NCBI GenBank assembly: GCA_965116155.1
Contig: OZ220488.1
Span: forward strand, 1,304,318 to 1,368,317
Direction of reading: 5' to 3'
DNA length: 64,000 nucleotides
DNA from: Bdellovibrionales bacterium
GTDB taxonomy: Bacteria; Bdellovibrionota; Bdellovibrionia; Bdellovibrionales; UBA1609
The notes beneath the pieces were generated by a model. The model was given only the letters and a program-made list of their open reading frames with translations. It searched no databases and was not told the DNA's origin. Both the position numbers and the translations under genes were made by a program. Positions 46,837 to 54,860 of the stretch are shown piece after piece (position 1 is the stretch's first letter; every line of letters starts with the position of its first letter).

Positions 46837-47163
46837 ATGATCAAGCTCAGTGCCAAGGCATGCGCGCGCATTAACAACCTGCGTCAAGAAGAGGGTGCGG
46901 GTGCGGAGGATTATTTGCGTATAGAGGTCAAGCGGGGTGGGTGTAGTGGTTTTTCTTACAAAATGTCTTTTGACAAAAACAGAGCTCCGCACGACCATGT
47001 GTTTGCTCAGCAGGATGTGCAGATTGCGGTGTCTAAGGAGCACATTTTGTATCTAGCGGGTTTAGAGCTCGATTATCAAGGGGGCCTTAATGGGCAGGGG
47101 TTTGTTTTTGACAACCCCAATGCTTCTAAAAACTGCGGCTGTGGCACATCGTTTGCCGTTTAG
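46837..47163 (+). CDS. Iron-sulfur cluster insertion protein (HesB/IscA/ErpA family)
   Basis: ORF 46801..47163. The ATG at 46837 is preceded by GGAGG. VKRGGCSGFSY and the C-terminal CGCGTSF signature. Confidence 0.85.
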   Translation: MIKLSAKACARINNLRQEEGAGAEDYLRIEVKRGGCSGFSYKMSFDKNRAPHDHVFAQQDVQIAVSKEHILYLAGLELDYQGGLNGQGFVFDNPNASKNCGCGTSFAV

Positions 47164-47175
47164 GGGGTTTGGCCA

Positions 47176-48633
47176 ATGAGTAATATGCATTTTATTGCTG
47201 GGGGTGGGGGCAAAGGGCCGGGCAATACGCCGTTGCGTGGTGCTATGGTGCCGCCGCCGTATAGGATTAAGAGCGTGGAGCCTATACGGTTGCTGAGTTT
47301 TAAGGAGCGGCAGGAGCATATCCGTGCGGCTCAGTTAAATGTGTTTGCTTTGCCGGCGCATAGTGTTTATGTGGACCTGCTTACAGACTCTGGCACAGGG
47401 GCGATGAGCCATAACCAGTGGGCGGCTATTATGCGTGGCGATGAGTCTTATGCTGGCAGTCGTAGTTTTGAGCGCTTAAGACAGAGCGTGCAAGACCTAT
47501 GGGGGCATGGGGTGGTGTTGCCGGCCCATCAAGGGCGGGGCGCGGAGCATGTGTTGTTTTCTTGTGTGCTATCTGGGGGGGGGAAGTTTTTTGTTCCCAA
47601 TAATACGCACTTTGATACTACGCGCGCTAATGTTGAGCAGCTAGGTGGCACGGCTGTGGATTTGCCTTGTAAGCAGAGTACCGATTTGCGCAGCGAGTAT
47701 CCGTTTAAGGGCAATATGGACTGCGAGGCTTTGGAGAATCTGCTAAAGCGTTACGGTTCGCAGGGTGTGCCGGTTGTGATGATGACTTTAACTAACAACA
47801 GCTGTGGTGGGCACCCGGCGAGTTTGGAAAATCTGCGTCAGGTGCGGCGCATAGTGGACTCTTACGGGGCGATGTTATTTTTGGATGCATGCCGGGTTTC
47901 GGAGAATGCGTTTTTTATTAAAAAGTACGAGCCGGGTTTTGCGCAAGTGGGTGTGCGGGAGATTTTGCGTCAAATTTTAAGCCTGGCTGATGGTTGCACG
48001 ATGTCAGCTAAAAAGGACGCCATTGTAAACGTGGGGGGTTTTATTAGTTTAAAGACTAATAAAAACCCTTTGTACGAGGCTTTGTGTGAAAAACTTATTT
48101 TGTACGAGGGCTTTAAGACCTACGGTGGTTTGGCGGGGCGCGATTTAGAAGCCATTGCGGTGGGTTTGCAAGAGGGTGCAGACGAGGCTTATTTGGAACA
48201 CCGTATAGAGCAGGTGGCTTTGCTCGCGCGTTTGTTAGAGGCTGCGGATATTAAGACGGTGCGGCCGACGGGGGGGCATGCGGTGTATGTGGATGCGGCG
48301 CACTTTTTGCCGCACTTAAAGCCAGAGGAGTTTCCTGGGCAGGCTTTGGCGGTGGCTTTATATGTAGAGGGTGGTGTGCGTGCTGTAGAGGTGGGATCGT
48401 TGATGTTTGATAAGAGTGCGGCGCATGAGATGCTGCGCTTAGCGGTGCCGCGTCGTGTTTATACCAATGAGCATATTTTGTACGTAGCAGAGTGTTTTAA
48501 AAGGCTTTACAAAAAGCGCTCTAGTATTAGGGGTGTGCGTTTGGTTAAAGAGCCTAAGTGTTTGCGGCATTTCACCGCCCAAATGGAGTGGGTCGCAGCT
48601 GAGAGGCATAAAAGCCAACTCTCACGCCTTTAG
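47176..48633 (+). CDS. Beta-eliminating lyase (tryptophanase / tyrosine phenol-lyase family, PLP-dependent)
   Basis: 485 aa. PPYRIKSVEPIRLLS.. N-terminal block, DLLTDSGT, PLP-lysine block MSAKKDAIVNVGGF. The last 8 codons (HKSQLSRL*) are encoded by the left arm of a repeat-family hairpin. Confidence 0.8.
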   Translation: MSNMHFIAGGGGKGPGNTPLRGAMVPPPYRIKSVEPIRLLSFKERQEHIRAAQLNVFALPAHSVYVDLLTDSGTGAMSHNQWAAIMRGDESYAGSRSFERLRQSVQDLWGHGVVLPAHQGRGAEHVLFSCVLSGGGKFFVPNNTHFDTTRANVEQLGGTAVDLPCKQSTDLRSEYPFKGNMDCEALENLLKRYGSQGVPVVMMTLTNNSCGGHPASLENLRQVRRIVDSYGAMLFLDACRVSENAFFIKKYEPGFAQVGVREILRQILSLADGCTMSAKKDAIVNVGGFISLKTNKNPLYEALCEKLILYEGFKTYGGLAGRDLEAIAVGLQEGADEAYLEHRIEQVALLARLLEAADIKTVRPTGGHAVYVDAAHFLPHLKPEEFPGQALAVALYVEGGVRAVEVGSLMFDKSAAHEMLRLAVPRRVYTNEHILYVAECFKRLYKKRSSIRGVRLVKEPKCLRHFTAQMEWVAAERHKSQLSRL

Positions 48634-48655
48634 GCGTGAGAGTTGGCTTTTATGC
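48606..48655 (+). terminator. Perfect 24-nt-arm palindrome overlapping the 3' end of the lyase gene
   Basis: GCATAAAAGCCAACTCTCACGCCT-tt-AGGCGTGAGAGTTGGCTTTTATGC. The right arm plus TACGC is repeated at 48749-48777. Confidence 0.6.
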
Positions 48656-48780
48656 TACGCGCTGCTATTTGGCTCGCCTGGGGACCGGCGCCGGTGGCGC
48701 CTGCCAGGCAAGCATGGTGATACGACAGTTTGGCAGTTGTGCCTTTAAGGCGTGAGAGTTGGCTTTTATGCTACGCACTA

Positions 48781-48909
48781 CAGGCTCATAGATCCCTTAT
48801 AGGCCGCAAAATAACCTTGAGGCTGCCGTTTGTCCTCTTGGCTAACGTCTCTTGCAGAGGCTGCCAAGGGACTGCTTTTGAGCTCAAGGTTATTTTGCTA
48901 GCGCTCTAA
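48781..48909. repeat. X-type hairpin element (CAGGCTCATAGATCCCTTATAGGCCGC - AAAATAACCTTGAG ... CTCAAGGTTATTTT - GCTAGCGCTCTAA)
   Basis: Read directly. Core CTTGGCTAACGTCTCTTGCAGAGGCTGCCAAGG. Ends 1 nt before the stop of the minus-strand metzincin 2. Confidence 0.9.
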
Positions 48910-48910
48910 C

Positions 48911-49690
48911 TTATGAAGGTTCCAAGGCAGTGCCGTATGCACAACGAATGGCCGCAATGTCAGAATCTCCTATGCGCTGCAAGTGCCTTGAAACTTTGGG
49001 GTTCATTATACTTTTAGGGTCTTTCGTATTGTGATTCAGGCCTAGTATATGCCCCATTTCATGAAGCATTAGATTAAGAAAGGAGTATTGTTTCCAAACC
49101 TTAGATTTGTCTTGAGTAGCATAAAACTGGAAGTCGCGATCGTTGACCCATATTTGCGACCACAACCCGGCCCGCGCATACCCAACGGCTTCGCCTTTTG
49201 CATAAGTGAAAGTAGAAGCTACAAGAGGGTCCTCCCATATAGAACCTATGCGGCCATATCCTAGCTGTACGTTGGGGCGAGCTTGGCCAAATGGATCGTG
49301 TGTTTGATCATATGGCTCCTCACGAAGGGGCTGCATTGATAAAAAAGCAGGCACCTGTGAAAAAGAGGCCACCAGCTCTAGCAGTTGGAGCATTTTGCTG
49401 GTCTTTATTTTGCTGCGCCACTCGTCGTGTGAAAAAGCGATCTCAATTTGAATGTCTGCAGGCAAGTGCTCATTCCATGCATTAGCGGCTGCTTGTATGT
49501 CTTTGTGAAAACGCTTGTCTATAGAGGGGCTCACATAAAAGACTAAGCTCTTTGTGATTTTGACATATTGAACCACTGCACCACCCCAAAAAACAGGTGT
49601 GATGTCAGGCGACGCGCAGTGTGGCTCTTTCGCCCAGATGATTTTCCCACACAGCACTGTAGCGATAAACAACAGACCAAGCTGTTTCAT
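48911..49690 (-). CDS. Secreted metzincin zinc metalloprotease, paralog 2
   Basis: 259 aa with a signal peptide. KEPHCASPDITP, HEMGHILGLNHNTKDPKSIMN, SDIAAIRCAYG. Confidence 0.8.
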   Translation of the reverse strand: MKQLGLLFIATVLCGKIIWAKEPHCASPDITPVFWGGAVVQYVKITKSLVFYVSPSIDKRFHKDIQAAANAWNEHLPADIQIEIAFSHDEWRSKIKTSKMLQLLELVASFSQVPAFLSMQPLREEPYDQTHDPFGQARPNVQLGYGRIGSIWEDPLVASTFTYAKGEAVGYARAGLWSQIWVNDRDFQFYATQDKSKVWKQYSFLNLMLHEMGHILGLNHNTKDPKSIMNPKVSRHLQRIGDSDIAAIRCAYGTALEPS

Positions 49691-49951
49691 CTTTATCTCC
49701 CATTTTTGTCACCCAATTTAAGAGCGTGGCAAAAATCGTGCCAATTGTTAAGGCTAATGAGTATGTATGGAGTGGGTTTGGCGTTTTTGTGCCCGGTGGT
49801 TAATTGCTTCCTGGCTGTCTTTTAGATCACACACAGCTGAAGCTCCAGTGGCAGGCCTCCCGCGTAAAACTTTAAAAAGTCAGCAAGGGCAAAAAGTTGC
49901 AGCTCGTTGCACTTGCCTTAGGACGAACGCAAAATTAGTACAGCGAATAAT

Positions 49952-50593
49952 TTAAATTAATTCGCACGTCTCGTACCGGATAGGTAGTGGGAGGATGGTT
50001 TGTTCTAAGCTGTCTACAGAAGAAACACTTTGCTGGAATGGGCTTGTACCTTTTGGCAAGCCGGCAAGATCAATCTCCATATCTAAAAGGCACCGAATCC
50101 CAAAAGAGCTGTCTTGCTCTTGCAATAACACTTTGCCATTTTCTACAGTCACTTGAAATAACCCATGGCACTCCGAGTAGGCCTTAGATGGCTCACCCGA
50201 TACACTCGATACGTCAAAAGTATCAATCGCAGTATCATCAGTATAAAAATATGTCGCAATACCAGTACCTACAAAAGCTATCGGTATGCTCCATCCGATC
50301 GATCTTGACCTAAAAAATTTCGTAAAAAGTCCGCCAACACCTATGCTAGCGGCAGTCAGAGTGGCAAAAAATAGGCCTACCACAAAAGGAGCCTGCCCCT
50401 TGGTCTCGCGCACTAATTCTAACTTTGCGGCTGCATCTTGGGAGCACCGCTCAAGCGTTTGCTGCATATACGCGTAGGCTATAGCCTGTTTATCCGGGCT
50501 CTTTGCAGGTGCCGCCTGTACCGAGCCAATTCCGCCAAACCCCAAAATAAAAGCCAACACACATCGATTAAAAGCTTTGCACCCACGCTTCAT
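49952..50593 (-). CDS. 213-aa signal-peptide + two-TM partner protein, copy 2
   Basis: Same length and architecture as 38375..39016. C-terminus ..CHGLFQVTVENGKVLLQE..IRCLLDMEIDL..LPLPIRYETCELI. Confidence 0.6.
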   Translation of the reverse strand: MKRGCKAFNRCVLAFILGFGGIGSVQAAPAKSPDKQAIAYAYMQQTLERCSQDAAAKLELVRETKGQAPFVVGLFFATLTAASIGVGGLFTKFFRSRSIGWSIPIAFVGTGIATYFYTDDTAIDTFDVSSVSGEPSKAYSECHGLFQVTVENGKVLLQEQDSSFGIRCLLDMEIDLAGLPKGTSPFQQSVSSVDSLEQTILPLPIRYETCELI

Positions 50594-50841
50594 AACAACA
50601 CCGCTCCTTTATTTTCATACACAAGTCTCTCTCTTACTACAGGTACGGAGGGGATGGAAGGGGTTTTTATTTTAACGCGGTGCGCGGGCCTTTGACAGCA
50701 GTGTGATTTCTAAAGACCTTAAGTGATGACTCTGCCAGGGGTCGATCTGTTGTGATTGGCACGTATTTTGCTAAGTGTTTGGTGCTTTAGTTACAATGGA
50801 GCCACTTTTGGGCACTACATGTGTTGCAAAAACTTTAAAAA

Positions 50842-51807
50842 ATGGAAGTCCAGATGAGCCTTATGAAAAATTACGCCCTTGCCTTAATATGTACAGCGAC
50901 CATGCTGCTTTGCAAAAGCCTATGGGCGAACGAACCTTATTGCGCATCGCCTGATATCACGCCCACAATGTATGACGGTGCTGTAGCTCAATATGTCACG
51001 TTTTTAGGGGGGCTAGTATTTTATGTCACTCCTGAGGTAGATGCCCGTTTTCATGCAGACATAAAGGAGGCAGCCAAAGTGTGGAACCAGCACTTGCCTC
51101 AAGGTGCTCAAATTGAAATCACCTTTTCAAAAGACGAATGGCGTAGAAAAACAAACGTAAAAAGCGGCAAAGTGATTGCGCTCATCCTAGAGCATGCCAG
51201 CCATTTGGTGGGTTTCCTAGCTCGTACTCTACGAGATCGTACAGGCCCGACTAATCAGGATCATAATAGATTCGTGCCTAGTGGTACCATAGGCCCTACG
51301 GGAATAGACCCTTTGCTTTACTGGTCGAACAGGGGCATTGAACACGATACCGCCGCATACGCAAAACCTTTTTTTTCACAAATTTTTATCAACAACCGTG
51401 ACCACCATTTGGTAAATCAAATAACAGGTACATCCCATGAGGAAGTGTTTTTTTATGAAATCATACTGCATGAAATGGGGCATACCCTAGGCCTGGATCA
51501 CAATGACCAAGATCCTAGCAGCATAATGACTAGGTACAGCGATAAGCCTACAAAAGCGCTTGCACGCTTAAGTGGGTCTGATGTTAGGGCCATTCGCTGT
51601 GCCTATGGCATGGCTCCTTTGGAGCATTTCGAGACGCCAAAGCTAGAGAGCGCTCCTGAAGATCCTTTATTAAATGATGTGGCACCTCCTAAAGGAGACC
51701 TTCCTTTGATTAGTTACAATAGAGATAAGGTGCTAAAAATTTTAGAGCAAATCGCAGCGCTAGAGTCCGAGGCTTTTAACCATCTAGGTGAATCTGAAGC
51801 ACTCTAA
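50842..51807 (+). CDS. Secreted metzincin zinc metalloprotease, paralog 3 (with about 60-aa C-terminal extension)
   Basis: 321 aa. NEPYCASPDITP, HEMGHTLGLDHNDQDPSSIMT, SDVRAIRCAYG. Start may be ATG 50854. Confidence 0.8.
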   Translation: MEVQMSLMKNYALALICTATMLLCKSLWANEPYCASPDITPTMYDGAVAQYVTFLGGLVFYVTPEVDARFHADIKEAAKVWNQHLPQGAQIEITFSKDEWRRKTNVKSGKVIALILEHASHLVGFLARTLRDRTGPTNQDHNRFVPSGTIGPTGIDPLLYWSNRGIEHDTAAYAKPFFSQIFINNRDHHLVNQITGTSHEEVFFYEIILHEMGHTLGLDHNDQDPSSIMTRYSDKPTKALARLSGSDVRAIRCAYGMAPLEHFETPKLESAPEDPLLNDVAPPKGDLPLISYNRDKVLKILEQIAALESEAFNHLGESEAL

Positions 51808-51903
51808 TTTGTATTTACTAGAAACACGAGACTTTAACGGGAATATCGCGGCTACGGGCCTTTGACGGGAGTGTGGTCGCTTCGGGCCTTTGGCCCTTCG
51901 CTA

Positions 51904-52027
51904 TAGGCTTGTAGATGCTTCATAGGTCGCAAAATTCTCTGTAAGACGCTTGGCACCCTGATGGCCGCCCCGTTGGGGCTATCAGTATGCCGTCGCTTAA
52001 CTTCAGAGAATTTTACTAGCGCTCTAA
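51904..52027. repeat. X-type hairpin element (near-duplicate of 29503-29636) whose terminal CTAGCGCTCTAA carries the pseudopilin stop codon
   Basis: ..GTAGATGCTTCATAGGTCGCAAAATTCTCTGTAAGACGCTTGGCACCCTGATGGCCGCCCCGTTGGGGCTATCAGTATGCCG..CAGAGAATTTTACTAGCGCTCTAA. Confidence 0.9.
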
Positions 52028-52680
52028 CCTTGCTCTTCTTCGCTAAAATCTTGCCAAGCTTTGAGACCACTTAAAATTTTGATGCGCCCTGTCAGAGGGT
52101 GTACGCCTAGGCTCCAGTAGTTAGGGGGATCGGCATTGCCCTGACGGAGCACTATTACAGCTTCTTCTACCAGCCCCTCAGGCAAGTAATGTATGTAGAC
52201 GATGCCTTTGTCTGCGCGCGCTTTGCTGCCAAACAGAATATGATCAAGCTCTAGCAGTGCAAACTCCCGTGGCTCTTTCATAATTTCAGTATCTTGCTGA
52301 AACTCTTTGCCCGTAGATAAGGGTTGAATGCCTTTTGTGTCCCCAGAGCTTAAAATGGCATTAGGCCCCGACTCCACCCAGTAGGCGCTTTTAATTTCTT
52401 CACCCCCTGCGCCGGAGGCCAAGCGATCGGAGGCAAAGCGAAAAGCTATGCGGTACGTGCGATCACTGAGCTTGGCCTTTTGCCTCAACTGGCGGCTTAA
52501 AACCACAATCCGCCGCAACGAGGCCCTTAGCTCGCTGTTGTTTTTGTTTAGCCGCGGGTAGGCGAGCGCTATAAGCCCCCCCATAATAGCTAAAACCAAC
52601 ATCAGCTCCATCAAGCTAAAACCAGCCGAGCTAAAACCAGCTGTCATTGGGCGCGGATCTTTGTTCCCCATACCTCTCAT
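52024..52680 (-). CDS. Prepilin-type N-terminal cleavage/methylation domain protein (GspH/FimT-like minor pseudopilin)
   Basis: G-FSLMELMLVLAIMGGLIALAYP (Gly at -1, Glu at +5). About 200 aa. Alternative start at ATG 52647. Confidence 0.7.
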   Translation of the reverse strand: MRGMGNKDPRPMTAGFSSAGFSLMELMLVLAIMGGLIALAYPRLNKNNSELRASLRRIVVLSRQLRQKAKLSDRTYRIAFRFASDRLASGAGGEEIKSAYWVESGPNAILSSGDTKGIQPLSTGKEFQQDTEIMKEPREFALLELDHILFGSKARADKGIVYIHYLPEGLVEEAVIVLRQGNADPPNYWSLGVHPLTGRIKILSGLKAWQDFSEEEQG

Positions 52681-52824
52681 ACTAACACGCGCAAGCGGCT
52701 TTGGCGCGTGCTGTCATTGACACAAAGTCTCTTATGTGGGTTTTATTGAGGCTCGTTGAGGGGCGCTAAAAAACTCCCCTCAAAAAACAACACAACCTTA
52801 CCAAGGAGATGGAAGGAGGCGGGT

Positions 52825-53103
52825 ATGTTAAAGCGATCTAAAAACAAACAAAGGGGTCAGGCTTTGGTGGAGTATTTGATCTTGATAGCCCTTATGGCTG
52901 TAGCGAGTTTGGGTATGTTGAGATTGCTGCAGCATACTGTGGGAGCCAAGTTTGCGGAGATTACTTTTTCTTTGCAGGGTAAAAAGAGATCCGTAGTAAA
53001 AGAAAGCCCCGAAGAGAGTGATTACAGCAAAAAAGATATGGGCACTTTTTTAAACGGGTCAGCCAGTCCGGACAAAGCAGCTAGTACGAACAAGGCAAAG
53101 TAG
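52825..53103 (+). CDS. flp: Flp/Fap-family type IVb pilin
   Basis: ORF 52756..53103. The ATG at 52825 is preceded by GGAAGGAGG. Flp motif GQALVEYLILIALMAVASLG. 92 aa with a polar C-terminal extension. Confidence 0.7.
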   Translation: MLKRSKNKQRGQALVEYLILIALMAVASLGMLRLLQHTVGAKFAEITFSLQGKKRSVVKESPEESDYSKKDMGTFLNGSASPDKAASTNKAK

Positions 53104-53104
53104 T

Positions 53105-53521
53105 TTGAAACAAAGCGGCCAAGCTTTGGTGGAGTTTGTGGTTTTTTGTCCTGTGGGGTTGGTCTTATTTGCGGGTGTGTTTTTTATTAGCTACATCTCA
53201 TGGGCTAGGGTGTGGTTGTCGCATCAGGCATCCCAGGGGCATTATTGTTTGTTAGAAAAAAACGACCCCCAATTTTGTGAGGCGGATTTTTTAAAACAAA
53301 TAAACACCGGCCTGCCTGCAGGACGGGTGAAGATTAAAAAATTCACCCTAGAGCAAAAGTTTAAAAAAACCCTAATGGATTGGCGTTGGAGTTTTTTGGG
53401 TGTGCACATTAGGCACAAAGCATCGATGAGTTTATTTAATCTTATGCATAAAGCCAGGCGTTTAAATTTTGTAAAACGTAGTGACAAACTCATAGATACA
53501 TCTAGGTGGGTGCTTTTTTGA
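53105..53521 (+). CDS. TadE-like pilus assembly protein
   Basis: 138 aa with a TTG start. N-terminus SGQALVEFVVFCPVGLVLFAG is typical of TadE/TadF pseudopilins. Confidence 0.55.
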   Translation: MKQSGQALVEFVVFCPVGLVLFAGVFFISYISWARVWLSHQASQGHYCLLEKNDPQFCEADFLKQINTGLPAGRVKIKKFTLEQKFKKTLMDWRWSFLGVHIRHKASMSLFNLMHKARRLNFVKRSDKLIDTSRWVLF

Positions 53522-54150
53522 GCGATGCGTTAAAAACCTTGAGGGTGAGCCCTGGCGTGGTGATGCTGCAGTTTTTGATTTTGACCCCCTTTTTTGTGGC
53601 GCTATTTTTGGGCTTGGGTGCTGTGGGGGTGCGACTTGTGGCTGTGGGCCAGGTGTCGCGTGCATGCCGTTTGTTAGAGCTGCATTATCAGGATCTTTTA
53701 AGCGTAGAGCTGAATCGGCTTTTAAAAAACGACAGAAAAATCAAACGCCTAAAAAGGCTTAAAAAAGCAACAAACATAATAAAAACAGGCATAATATTAA
53801 AAGCTCTTACAATAAAAGCCCTTAAGCGCTTAACACGCGAGCAGAAGAGGATATTTTTAAGGGTGCAGCATTTAGATGTGCAAAAAAAGCGCAAATCCCT
53901 GGAAGTTAGCAAGCAGATTGGGCGCGGTTTAACAATGCGCTCCTCGCCCTTGGCTTTGGGTGTGTATAGGCTTGCGGGTACGGGGCCGTATTTTGAATAT
54001 GCGTTAAAAAAAAATTTTATACACCAGCAAAAAACCCAAAGCTGGTGGGACTTGGATAAATGGGCCCTTAAGGGAGAGTGTGCGTCTAGTTTGTGGCGCC
54101 CTGAGAACCAAAAAAGCAAAGACTACAGGGCGGTGCTGTTTAATCCCTAA
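53506..54150 (+). CDS. Possible TadE/TadG-like protein
   Basis: 214 aa. N-terminal hydrophobic segment (VVMLQFLILTPFFVALFLGLGAVG) resembles the TadE-like motif. The remainder is K/R-rich and unassigned. Confidence 0.35.
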   Translation: MGAFLSDALKTLRVSPGVVMLQFLILTPFFVALFLGLGAVGVRLVAVGQVSRACRLLELHYQDLLSVELNRLLKNDRKIKRLKRLKKATNIIKTGIILKALTIKALKRLTREQKRIFLRVQHLDVQKKRKSLEVSKQIGRGLTMRSSPLALGVYRLAGTGPYFEYALKKNFIHQQKTQSWWDLDKWALKGECASSLWRPENQKSKDYRAVLFNP

Positions 54151-54247
54151 CCGTTTTGGTTAACAGTGCTGGTGCGGTTGACTTGGTTGAGGGTTTTAGT
54201 GAAGGTGGTTTTTTCCATAGGAGGCTGGTTATGAGAGGTATCTGGTT

Positions 54248-54859
54248 ATGAGAGGTATTTTATTAAAAGGCTTCTGTTTGGTGGGGCTTGGTATTGGGAT
54301 GAGCGCGCCCTCTTGGGCTGTGAGCGCTTTTTACGAGCAGTTTGCACGGGCGCAACAGGCTTTTGAAGAAGGGCAAGCGCAAAAGGCGCAGCACGAGTTT
54401 GAGTGGCTGGTAAAGAGCGCCTATAGCGAGCAGCTCTCGCCCGTGCAGAGGCAGAGCTTTTTTCACAGTTATTTAAGGTTGGCGCAGCTGTCTAAGGATG
54501 GGTTTCAGAAAAAACTCTGGCTCCTTAAGGCTATGGAAACCATGCCCCGTGTAGACCCTGATCCGGAGCTTTTTCCGCCACCCTTGTTGGCTTTGTATAG
54601 GGAGCTAAAAGCGCAGCGTCAGGGTCTGGAAACGGACACGGCTGATCAGGAGAGCCTACGCACGCGCTCCGCAACAGGTGCGCGCAAGTTAGCGCTTAAA
54701 AATACCGCCCCTAAAGCCATTAAGGCTGGGGGCAAGGGGCCTTGGGTAGCGGTGGGAGCTGTGCTGCTAGGAGGCGTGGCTTTGGGTGTTGCGCAGCATT
54801 ATGCGCGCGCGTCTTCTAACGCGCCCACTGCGCCCATGCCCAGAACCACTAGGTTTTAA
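54248..54859 (+). CDS. Secreted/C-terminally anchored protein, unknown function
   Basis: 203 aa with a signal peptide (..APSWA-VSA), a helical region and a C-terminal TM (WVAVGAVLLGGVALGVA). Confidence 0.45.
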   Translation: MRGILLKGFCLVGLGIGMSAPSWAVSAFYEQFARAQQAFEEGQAQKAQHEFEWLVKSAYSEQLSPVQRQSFFHSYLRLAQLSKDGFQKKLWLLKAMETMPRVDPDPELFPPPLLALYRELKAQRQGLETDTADQESLRTRSATGARKLALKNTAPKAIKAGGKGPWVAVGAVLLGGVALGVAQHYARASSNAPTAPMPRTTRF

Positions 54860-54860
54860 T

